Assembly (NCBI GenBank): GCA_964354755.1 | Contig: CAYHBA010000001.1 | Coordinates: forward strand, 320,706 to 384,705 | Reading direction: 5' to 3' | DNA from: an uncultured Thermoplasmata archaeon | GTDB lineage: Archaea; Thermoplasmatota; Thermoplasmata; SG8-5 | DNA length: 64,000 bases | Part shown: piece by piece, positions 55,924-64,000 of the stretch | How the letters are laid out: each line of letters opens with the position of its first letter | How positions within the stretch are numbered: position 1 is the first letter of the stretch | Position numbers and translations under genes: made by a program | Notes under the pieces: model-generated | The model's input: the letters and a program-made list of their open reading frames with translations, nothing else | Database searches by the model: none | Told to the model about the DNA's origin: nothing

Positions 55924-58900
55924 TCAATCGCCGGCCATCGCCTTCCGGCACTTCTCGGCCCAGGGGCGCATTCCCATCCTCTCGAATTCAGCGAGAGCTT
56001 TTCCAAGTTCTTCCTTGGCCTTGGTTTCTTTGCCCGCTATCGACAAGAGACAGGCCTTTTCGAAAATCAGAATCGCCTTTTCCTTCAGGTCTCCGATTTC
56101 GGTCAGGATTTCTTCGGCTTTGTTGTACTCGTCCATGGCTCCGTTATTATCTTTCAGCTTGCTCAGTACTGTGCCCAGGACGCGCCGGCTCGCTCCTTCC
56201 TGAGACCTGGCTCCGATCTCCACAGAGGTTCGAACTGCCTTCCTGGAATAATCCAAAGCAGCATTGGCATCTCCCTGGCATGCATAAACCTCGGCCATGC
56301 CTCTCAAATTGTGAATCGAGACAAGTTTGTCTTTGATTTCGATGCAGATGTCAAGGCTCTTCCTGTAATGCTCCATGGCCTTGTCCAGGTCGCCCTTGTC
56401 TTTGAAAATCTCTCCGATATTGATTAGGGCCAGGGCCATGCCAGACTGGTCGCCCATCTTCACCCTCAGGGCATAGCTCAATTTCTGGTTTTCCAATGCC
56501 TTCTCCAGTTCCCCGAGGTCCCGTTGGGCAAGGCTGATATTCCCAAGCGAATTGGCAATGCCGACGGAATAGCCGATTTTCTCGAAAATTCTCAGGCTCC
56601 TGGTCTGGTAACCAAGCGACACCTCAAGCTCTCCCCTGTCCCAATGGGCAAGACCTATGTTGGCGAGCACGCCCCCAATCCCCGCTTGGTTTCCGATTTT
56701 TTCGTTTATCTCCAAACAACGTCTGTAATGATCCAAGGCCAGGTCAAGGTTCCCTTGGTTATGGTATACGATTCCCATGTTGACAAGGGCAGCGGCTGTC
56801 CCCTGTTCGTCCTTGATCGACTCCATGATGCTCAGGCTGTGCTTGTAATACTGCAGTGCCTTGGCGAAATCGCTATTGTTCCAGTATATTATTCCGATGG
56901 CCCGGAGAGCATCCCCGACATCCTTCTGTTCGCCTACCCTGGAGTAGACAGCCAAGGCCTCCTGCAGCCGTGCAAGGCCCTGTTCGTTATGTCCCTTTCT
57001 CTGAAGTGCACGGCCCTCTCCGAACAGCAACCTTCCCAACTCCACGTCATCTTCGCTTACGAGTTTCTTGGCGGTCCCCAAGATGCCGAGCGCGCTCTCG
57101 AAATCTCCTTTGTTGAGGAACACCTCGGCCGTTTTCCTTAACATGCGCGCTTTGGTTGTTCCGTCGGCTGCGGAATCATTGATTGTTTTATAGAAATTAA
57201 TAGCTTCGTCATAAATGCCGCTGACCACTTGGAGGTCGGCCAGCTTTTCCATGACCTCTGATTTTTGTTGCTCGGGCAAAAAGGCAAGGGAATTGCGGTA
57301 TGCATGGATGGCTTCTTGATTGAAGAACCTCTCCCTTGCAGAATCTCCGGATTTGACTAGGTATGGGCCGGCTCTCGCATCGGTTGCCTTTTGGTAATGG
57401 TATGCCAATTCACTCATTACTCTATCGGGGCTGGCCGAAGCTTCGAGGAACTCGGCAATCATCCTGTGGTATTCCTCCCTGAGTTCCTCCATGATGCCGT
57501 TATAGAGCACCTCCCTTATTTTTGTGTGATCGAAGGAATACGTCCTGGCTGAGGAATGAATCAGCCTGTGGCTGTTCTCGATTTCAGCCAAATTCCTCAG
57601 CACGGCAATTCTGCTTAGGCCTGTCAGTTTAACAATTATTTCTGCGGAGAATGTCTCTCCGATAACGGCCCCGCATTCCAGAATGTCATGCTGCTCTTTA
57701 TGCAATCTGTCCAGACGTCTCCTCACCACATCATAGACCTTTGTAGGGAGCTCCACCTTCTCAAATTTGCTCGTGAATGTCCATTCGTCCTCCTCATTCT
57801 TCACCATGGCCCCTTCCTCGACCAGCATTTTCAAAAGCTCCAAAACGAAAAGAGGCGTGCCTCCCGTTTCCGTGTGAATCTTCTCAAGGAATGCGTCCTC
57901 CACGGAGAGGCCCCGAAGGGCTGAGCACATCACTTGGCGAGTGCCCTCCATATCAAGTCTGCGAAGCTCCAATCTTTCAAAGGAATCCTCCTGGCTCATG
58001 TCCTGCATCGTTCTTTCCAGGGGATGCACCTTTCCATAGTCGGGATGTATCAGGTCCTCGGGCCTGTAAGTGGCGATAATAAACACTCTGGAAGTCCTGA
58101 TGTTGCGAGCCAGGTAATGAAGCAGATTCAGCGTTGTAGCATCCGCATTGTGAAGGTCGTCGATGAATAGAATCACCGGCCTTTCAAGCGAAAGGCGCTG
58201 GATGCCCAGGAGTACATTGTCGTATAAATTTTCCCTCTTCAGTTTGGGGTCCTCCACCAGAAATTTACCGCAATATTTACCGCTCTTGACAAATTTGGAT
58301 AGAATGGCCTCGAACCCTTCTATCTGGGCCATGTCACCCTCCCATTTTTCAATGATGGTTCCGAATTGCTGCCATGCATCCGCCAAAACCTCCTTCATGT
58401 CGGTGATGAGCAACTCGCTGAAACCGCCCTTGACCACGCAGGCCAAATGCAACCCTCTGTCTTCTTCCATTATGATTTTGAAGTCCCCATAACCCAACAC
58501 ATTCAGCTTGCCGGTCTTCGAAGATTCGTCCACCATCCGCATGGAGTCCTTTACGAATTCCCCAATGGCCCTCAGCATCGCTGAAAAGATGTCCGAATCG
58601 AGATTGATGTCACCGATCTCAGACCTTGCCATCAATAGGCCGCTGTCGTTCACGAGATATGAGGAAATCAGCAGAGGCGGGGGATCCCCCGAAATAAGAT
58701 GGGGCAGCCCCACCTCTTTCAAGGCATTTTTTATCGGCATGAGGGGTTCAAGGCTTTCAGTGAAACACTGGCCGGTCATTATCCTGAAATCCTTTGTCCT
58801 TGCCTCCTTGATAAGTTCCTGGACTATCCTCGTTTTGCCCACGCCAGCCTCACCGGAAATAAAAATGGTTGAGCCATTTCCGGCCATTGCCGATTCCATG

Positions 58901-58971
58901 GCCTTTGTCAATTTCCCCATTTCAAGCTCGCGGTCCACCAGTTTGGGCCTCAGCAGCAACCTTTTTTCCAC
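55924..58971 (-). CDS. STAND-like (AAA_16) ATPase with an inserted longin-like domain and C-terminal TPR array
   Basis: LVDRE.E, GEAGVGKT, FIDDLHNAD, TGGTPLF and ..FDH..IREVLY motifs; about 10 TPR repeats. Confidence 0.85.
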   Translation of the reverse strand: MEKRLLLRPKLVDRELEMGKLTKAMESAMAGNGSTIFISGEAGVGKTRIVQELIKEARTKDFRIMTGQCFTESLEPLMPIKNALKEVGLPHLISGDPPPLLISSYLVNDSGLLMARSEIGDINLDSDIFSAMLRAIGEFVKDSMRMVDESSKTGKLNVLGYGDFKIIMEEDRGLHLACVVKGGFSELLITDMKEVLADAWQQFGTIIEKWEGDMAQIEGFEAILSKFVKSGKYCGKFLVEDPKLKRENLYDNVLLGIQRLSLERPVILFIDDLHNADATTLNLLHYLARNIRTSRVFIIATYRPEDLIHPDYGKVHPLERTMQDMSQEDSFERLELRRLDMEGTRQVMCSALRGLSVEDAFLEKIHTETGGTPLFVLELLKMLVEEGAMVKNEEDEWTFTSKFEKVELPTKVYDVVRRRLDRLHKEQHDILECGAVIGETFSAEIIVKLTGLSRIAVLRNLAEIENSHRLIHSSARTYSFDHTKIREVLYNGIMEELREEYHRMIAEFLEASASPDRVMSELAYHYQKATDARAGPYLVKSGDSARERFFNQEAIHAYRNSLAFLPEQQKSEVMEKLADLQVVSGIYDEAINFYKTINDSAADGTTKARMLRKTAEVFLNKGDFESALGILGTAKKLVSEDDVELGRLLFGEGRALQRKGHNEQGLARLQEALAVYSRVGEQKDVGDALRAIGIIYWNNSDFAKALQYYKHSLSIMESIKDEQGTAAALVNMGIVYHNQGNLDLALDHYRRCLEINEKIGNQAGIGGVLANIGLAHWDRGELEVSLGYQTRSLRIFEKIGYSVGIANSLGNISLAQRDLGELEKALENQKLSYALRVKMGDQSGMALALINIGEIFKDKGDLDKAMEHYRKSLDICIEIKDKLVSIHNLRGMAEVYACQGDANAALDYSRKAVRTSVEIGARSQEGASRRVLGTVLSKLKDNNGAMDEYNKAEEILTEIGDLKEKAILIFEKACLLSIAGKETKAKEELGKALAEFERMGMRPWAEKCRKAMAGD

Positions 58972-59030
58972 GAGGCTAGGTAAGGCATGTTAATAAAAAA
59001 AGGCTTTCCCGGGACGAAACATGGAATTGT

Positions 59031-60461
59031 TCACAAACAGGCCCGGTTCAGGCACCGCTCCAGCGCTGTCGGGATGCATGCGATGACGTCCGTCGCCGTC
59101 ATCGACTGCCCCAGCCGCTCGAACGCCAGGTCCCCGGCTGCGCCGGAGAGGTAGGCGCCCATCCTGGCTGCGTTGTAGGGCTCCACGCCCTTGGCCATGA
59201 GACCGGCGACAATGCCCGCAAGGACATCGCCAGTGCCACCCACGGTCATCCTGGGGTTTCCAGTGCGGTTGAGCTTGTGTCTTTGGCCGTCTGAAATAAT
59301 ATCAACAGGCTGTTTGAGAAGGACTGTGGCGTCAAACTTCTTGGCCAGAACATCAACGGCTTCCGGACCGAGCTGCTTCGAACCCCCGAGGCGCGTGAAT
59401 TCCCTCGCATGGGGAGTGAGAACCGCCGGAACCATGAATTTGAAAGATTTCGCCTGTGCCAGTGCGAATAGCCCGTCAGCGTCCACGACCACGGGTTTGT
59501 CGAGGCCCTTGAGAAATCCGTTGACCGCTGCAACGGTTTCTCCGCCCCTGCCCAGGCCAGGGCCGATGAGAATCGCGTCTGCGTCCTTGGATAGTTCTTT
59601 AAGGGAGTCCAGGTGCGAAGGGGCGAGGAAGCCGCCTTCCAGGCTGCGGACAATGAACGTAGGGCTGTATGAGGCAATGGCCTGGAAGCTGGACTCGGGC
59701 GTCGCAATGGTGACCAGGTCCACGCCGACTGCCTGCGCTGCGAATGCGGATAGCGCGGGCGCACCTGTGTAAGGCCCGCCGCCAATTATGAGCAGGCGGC
59801 CGTTCTGACCCTTATGCGAGTCCTTGGCCGGAAGGGGGTAGTGGACGAATTCGCCCATACCGGTGTATTCAGCAGCATTCGCTGGGATACCGATATCGGC
59901 TGTCAATATCTTGCCGCTGTTTTTTTCAGTCATGCCCTCCTTGGAGTCATGCAAGGTCACTGTCATCAGGGGTTTGACTGCAAGGTCGGTGCCGAGGCCG
60001 CTGGGTATGTCAACGGAGATCACTCTGGCCTTGGAGGCATTGACCGCCTTTATCCAGGCCGCAAACGGTTCGCGGGGCGAAGACCTCAGGCCAACGCCGA
60101 GCATGGCATCGATTATAACAGGATGATTGGCAATGACTGAAGGCTCCGGGTCATTCAGTATTCTCACGGACTTTGGCAGTTTCCCAGCATTATCGCGCAG
60201 GAGCTGGCTCTTGGCCTTTTCCAGGGGGACTACTTGGGCAAGCGTCACATCCCGGCCCGCAAGCGCCAGATGGCAGGCCGCCACCACACCGTCCCCGCCG
60301 TTGTTCCCGCCACCGCATATGATAAGTATGGCTCCATCCGGGCATTCGCGCAACACCGCATCGGCCACTGCCTTGCCTGCGTTCTCCATGAGCTGGCTTG
60401 CCGGAACGCCCAATTCCTCGGAATTGATGTCAAGCACTTTCGATTCTGAGCAGGGCATCAT
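59031..60461 (-). CDS. nnr: Bifunctional NAD(P)H-hydrate epimerase/dehydratase
   Basis: LMENAG, GNNGGDG, DIPSG, SHKG.NG, TPH..EF and GGTGDVLAG motifs. Confidence 0.93.
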   Translation of the reverse strand: MMPCSESKVLDINSEELGVPASQLMENAGKAVADAVLRECPDGAILIICGGGNNGGDGVVAACHLALAGRDVTLAQVVPLEKAKSQLLRDNAGKLPKSVRILNDPEPSVIANHPVIIDAMLGVGLRSSPREPFAAWIKAVNASKARVISVDIPSGLGTDLAVKPLMTVTLHDSKEGMTEKNSGKILTADIGIPANAAEYTGMGEFVHYPLPAKDSHKGQNGRLLIIGGGPYTGAPALSAFAAQAVGVDLVTIATPESSFQAIASYSPTFIVRSLEGGFLAPSHLDSLKELSKDADAILIGPGLGRGGETVAAVNGFLKGLDKPVVVDADGLFALAQAKSFKFMVPAVLTPHAREFTRLGGSKQLGPEAVDVLAKKFDATVLLKQPVDIISDGQRHKLNRTGNPRMTVGGTGDVLAGIVAGLMAKGVEPYNAARMGAYLSGAAGDLAFERLGQSMTATDVIACIPTALERCLNRACL

Positions 60462-63043
60462 CTGTTGTCCTCCAGGTACATCTTCAGTATCTTCTCGTAG
60501 AGCTTGAAATCCTCGCTCCTCGCGAACGAGTCAATCACGTCCTTGGGGAGGTTCTCCAGTATATTGTCCATGGCCTTGAGCAGGCGCGCCATCTCGTCCC
60601 TGTGCCCGGGGTCCAGCATATGTTTGCCTTCGAGCATCTCGGCCTGCTTCTTCATCTTGTCCTCGACTTGGGCCAGGGCATTCTGCATCTCAGTATGGCG
60701 CGTGTCATATTCAAGCTCCTCATGGATCAGTTCCCTCAGGCGCTTATCCATGCTGTCCTTCTCCCTGAGAGTCTCTTCAAGCTCCTTCTCGAGGGCTTTT
60801 ATGCGGGCAGAGAGGCCGTGGGCCGCAAGGGTCTCGACTATCTCGGCATCCTCTATCTTCCTGGACACGTCCACGTTGAGACGGCCCCTCACCTTGGTGA
60901 GCTGCCTGTACTCCTGCTGGAAATGGCAGCCGCGCATGCTGAGTATGCCAAGCTCGAGCGCGCCGCCGTTGTTCCTGATGTCAATTATCCCGTCGAACAG
61001 CTCCTCTATCGCGGCACTGGTCATGGTGTCGTGGGCATCCCTCTCCATCAGCGTGAATGAGGTGTACTTCCTGCTAGCCAGCTTGGCGTTTATCGACTGC
61101 GCGAACGAGTAAACCGTCCTTGTATCAAACAGCCTCAGGGCCGGGGATATCACCTCGAGGACCGCGAGCGATGTCACCTGCTCGCTTATCTTCCTGAGGG
61201 ACAGGTCAATGCCGACGCCCAGGTGGGTGAGGTCCTTGGATGTCCTCACAATGCCCTCGTCTATCTCCATGCCCAGGACCTTGGAGCTCTTCTGCCCGTA
61301 CCAGTCCACTATCTGCAGCAGGCCCCTGTCGATCAGGCCTTTCCGGCTGAGGCCGTTCTCGGACATCCACTCCCCTATCGTATCGGCGTTAACCGATGAC
61401 AGTGCCAGGAGTATGGCATGCCCCTCCTTCTGGGCTTCCATGACCACGGGCTTGACATAATCGGCCGGCATCATCGAACTGGGTATCCACACGAGGAACG
61501 AGCTGCCGACCGGAAGGCCGTCCGGGGAGAGTGATTCAATACCTGGCAGGCCCATTGTGGCCTTTTCCTCGTCATGGTCGAACTTCACAAGCTCAGGTAC
61601 TTTCCCTGACTCGGGACCGTTAATCTCAAGCCCCCGGCCAGTGACTGCGATAGGAAGCCTTGCCGCGCTGAATCCCCCTCCGGAGTAGGATGTTATGCGG
61701 AATGACGACCGCACCTTTCCGTGCTCCACAGACCTTTCAATGCACATGGTGCCGTCGAATATGTCTTCGAGCATGTCCAGCTGGTCAGGGGGGTGAACAG
61801 CCCTGTTGAGCAGTACGAGCCCTCCGCATCCGGCATTCTTCAGCTTTGCCCTGAGAGAACTCAGGAAATCATGCATTCTGTCGAAGCCCTCTACGACTGA
61901 CGTGGGCGAGACAATGTCCATGACCAGCCTGACAGTCGGGAAATCCTTCGAGCTGCGGAGGGCCATGTCTATGCCCACGGCAAGATTGGTCAGGTCGTTG
62001 GACACCTTTATCGTGGACCCGGAGACCTCGATGCTGGTTATGCGCTCAGTGTGCCTGGTGTGCCAGTCCACGAATATGAAGCGTCCTGATTGATCTACCT
62101 CGCCCATGTTCACGCCAGAGACCTCAAGCTTCCTGCGCACACACACGCCCGAACAGCCCGCGCTTACTACAATCACGCAGCCGCCCTTCTGAAGGCCTTC
62201 CCTGACAAACATGCCTGCCAGTATTTCCTTCTCCACGCCGCTCGGGCCCTCCAATACAAGCGTGTCATCCTTCCCGATGCCGTTCCTGAACAGTGCGTCA
62301 ATGGCCCCGCATCCGAACCTCACTGTCCGGGCCAGGGCCCCGCCGAAAAGACCTGTAATAATGCCCAGTTCCTCGGGTATGCGGCCGAAGGTTGACAGCT
62401 CCCACTCGAAAACCGACAGTGGAAGACCGGATTTCTCGACAACAGCCGAGAGCTGGGAGACAGCCTCCTTCACGGTCGTACCCTGGGTAAATTCAATAGA
62501 GTCGAGAAGGTCCGAGACTGATTTCACGCAGCCACATTTTCTGACCTGGGAGAGTATTGCAGAGTTGCCCTCGGTGCTCTCGGCGGCAATCCTAGATAGG
62601 AGGCGCAGGAAGATCGCTCTGACTTTGCCCAGTTCGTCAAGTGCCTCGATGCTGGACTCGGGAGTCTCCTCCCCTATCTGGAAGAGCTCGGAGTATGACT
62701 TCGACAGGATGCCGGCGTTCTCCTCCCCCACCTTCTTTCTGTAATTGGCGATGGAAGTGCTAAAATATATGCCTGTCTCGACCGAGCCTATGAATATCTC
62801 GAGGAATTCCTTTATCGTAAAAATAAGCGTGCTCAGAGCTTCGCCGGTCTCTGCGTCGTCCTGTAGTCCTGACGGTTCAATTCTCAGTTCGTCAGTCACC
62901 GCGAGAAGCGTAAGGACTGGGTTCTCGCGCTTGAACCGCGATATGACATTGCCTATGTTGAGCTCAAGAAACAACGCCTTGTTGTCCTGCAGCACAGTTT
63001 CCAGGAGGCCTGCGAGCAGGCCAACGTTTGACACGCCTGCCAA
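60458..63043 (-). CDS. Large protein with two degenerate KaiC-like domains and a C-terminal coiled coil
   Basis: Two internal repeats ('VDW....I...S.DLT.L.VGID..LR...FDG'), degenerate Walker A GPSGVEKE and a heptad tail. Confidence 0.8.
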   Translation of the reverse strand: MAGVSNVGLLAGLLETVLQDNKALFLELNIGNVISRFKRENPVLTLLAVTDELRIEPSGLQDDAETGEALSTLIFTIKEFLEIFIGSVETGIYFSTSIANYRKKVGEENAGILSKSYSELFQIGEETPESSIEALDELGKVRAIFLRLLSRIAAESTEGNSAILSQVRKCGCVKSVSDLLDSIEFTQGTTVKEAVSQLSAVVEKSGLPLSVFEWELSTFGRIPEELGIITGLFGGALARTVRFGCGAIDALFRNGIGKDDTLVLEGPSGVEKEILAGMFVREGLQKGGCVIVVSAGCSGVCVRRKLEVSGVNMGEVDQSGRFIFVDWHTRHTERITSIEVSGSTIKVSNDLTNLAVGIDMALRSSKDFPTVRLVMDIVSPTSVVEGFDRMHDFLSSLRAKLKNAGCGGLVLLNRAVHPPDQLDMLEDIFDGTMCIERSVEHGKVRSSFRITSYSGGGFSAARLPIAVTGRGLEINGPESGKVPELVKFDHDEEKATMGLPGIESLSPDGLPVGSSFLVWIPSSMMPADYVKPVVMEAQKEGHAILLALSSVNADTIGEWMSENGLSRKGLIDRGLLQIVDWYGQKSSKVLGMEIDEGIVRTSKDLTHLGVGIDLSLRKISEQVTSLAVLEVISPALRLFDTRTVYSFAQSINAKLASRKYTSFTLMERDAHDTMTSAAIEELFDGIIDIRNNGGALELGILSMRGCHFQQEYRQLTKVRGRLNVDVSRKIEDAEIVETLAAHGLSARIKALEKELEETLREKDSMDKRLRELIHEELEYDTRHTEMQNALAQVEDKMKKQAEMLEGKHMLDPGHRDEMARLLKAMDNILENLPKDVIDSFARSEDFKLYEKILKMYLEDNR

Positions 63044-63071
63044 TTCATCCCCCTGCCGGCTGTCCAGGATT

Positions 63072-63797
63072 TCAGAAAACCTTGGAGTCAGCCGACACGC
63101 TTATCCCGCTGGAGGTGATGAGCATGGGGTGCTTCATCGTGTCGTGCTTGGTGAACCTCATCTTTCTCACGGTAACGGTTCTCCTCAGCTCGCCTTTCAT
63201 GTCCTCCAGGCCGAAAACAATGAAGGAGTCGGCGATGAACTGCTCTACGCCGTACCTTGTCAGCTGGCCTCCTTCAATGGATTCAGTGACCATGAGTGAA
63301 GTGATGTCCTTCTCCCTAAGGAAGCTTCCGAACTTGAACAGTTCCCTTCTCAGTACGCCGGGCGAGTCCTCGTAGTACAGCCCGACTGCTGTAACCGAGT
63401 CCAAGGCAAACCTCTTGGCTCCTGTGAAGTCCATCAGGTTCCTCAGCAGTTCGATGAGTGCGCCGAAGCCAATAACGCCTTCCTCCTCCGTTGTCTTGAC
63501 CCGTCGCCTTACTTCCCCGAGATCCAGAAGAATGAACTTACCATCCTCCTCATACTTGGTGATGTCCAGGCCGTACGCGCTCAGGGCCCTGAGTATGTTC
63601 TCCCTCGGTTCTTCGAGCGTGAGATAAATCCCTGTCTCGTCCTTGTCTTTGACGCCGTTGTAGATGTACTGAAGCGCCAACAGGCTCTTCGCGCTTCCGG
63701 CCGGTCCGCTGACCAGGTTGACCGTGTTCTCGGCAAAGCCGCCGCTCATCAACTCATCAAGTCCGGGAATCCCGGTTGGTACCCTGCTCTTTATCAT
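63072..63797 (-). CDS. KaiC/RAD55-like RecA-superfamily ATPase
   Basis: RVPTGIPGLDELMSGG, GPAGSAKS, YLTLEE, ALDS, EQFIAD and RKMRFT motifs. Confidence 0.92.
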   Translation of the reverse strand: MIKSRVPTGIPGLDELMSGGFAENTVNLVSGPAGSAKSLLALQYIYNGVKDKDETGIYLTLEEPRENILRALSAYGLDITKYEEDGKFILLDLGEVRRRVKTTEEEGVIGFGALIELLRNLMDFTGAKRFALDSVTAVGLYYEDSPGVLRRELFKFGSFLREKDITSLMVTESIEGGQLTRYGVEQFIADSFIVFGLEDMKGELRRTVTVRKMRFTKHDTMKHPMLITSSGISVSADSKVF

Positions 63798-64000
63798 GTC
63801 ATCACCACTTTGTCGCCGTTGGCTATCTTGCGAATCTGCATCAGGACTTCGTCAGTCTCTTCGCCCAGGAAGAACGGGAGCACTGTCTTCAGCTTGGTTG
63901 ACAGCCTGACCACGCCGTTCGGATCGATTGTGTTGAGGTCCAGCCCCAGGTCCGAGCTCTGCTTGGAGAGCACGTATACGCTCATGAGACCCAGGGAGCT
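63794..64000 (-). CDS. Hypothetical protein, 3' part (probably starts beyond the right edge)
   Basis: Open frame to the window edge; the stop overlaps the KaiC-like ATG (ATGA). Confidence 0.6.
   Translation of the reverse strand, partial: SSLGLMSVYVLSKQSSDLGLDLNTIDPNGVVRLSTKLKTVLPFFLGEETDEVLMQIRKIANGDKVVMT

Overview
Archaeal chromosome segment, most likely Thermoplasmatota (inferred from gene content and order, not from a database search). The left half holds a tRNA-Gly, cell-surface proteins, TBP, thpR, pyrH and the large ribosomal protein operon rpl3 to secY (minus strand, about 6.0-20.9 kb). The middle holds a nucleotide-sugar dehydrogenase, a KaiC-like ATPase pair and an oligopeptide ABC operon with a 1608-aa binding protein and an enlarged OppC. 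The right half holds mutS-mutL-lipS1, an ABC-2 exporter, mgtC, a roadblock/KaiC(GvpD)/V4R module, ftsZ-secE-spt5-rpl11, a STAND-type ATPase-TPR protein, nnr and a second KaiC cluster. The most unusual signals are non-coding. (1) The tRNA-Gly(CCC) has an intron in the T-loop (59/60), and its 3' end is duplicated about 250 bp downstream. (2) Two families of dispersed intergenic hairpin elements keep conserved or co-varying stems but have unrelated loops of about 18-24 nt. One palindrome occurs both empty (2 nt) and filled (20, 20, 22 or 42 nt) at the same position. No transposase, integrase or cas gene is visible in the window. Protein calls come from motif recognition by eye.
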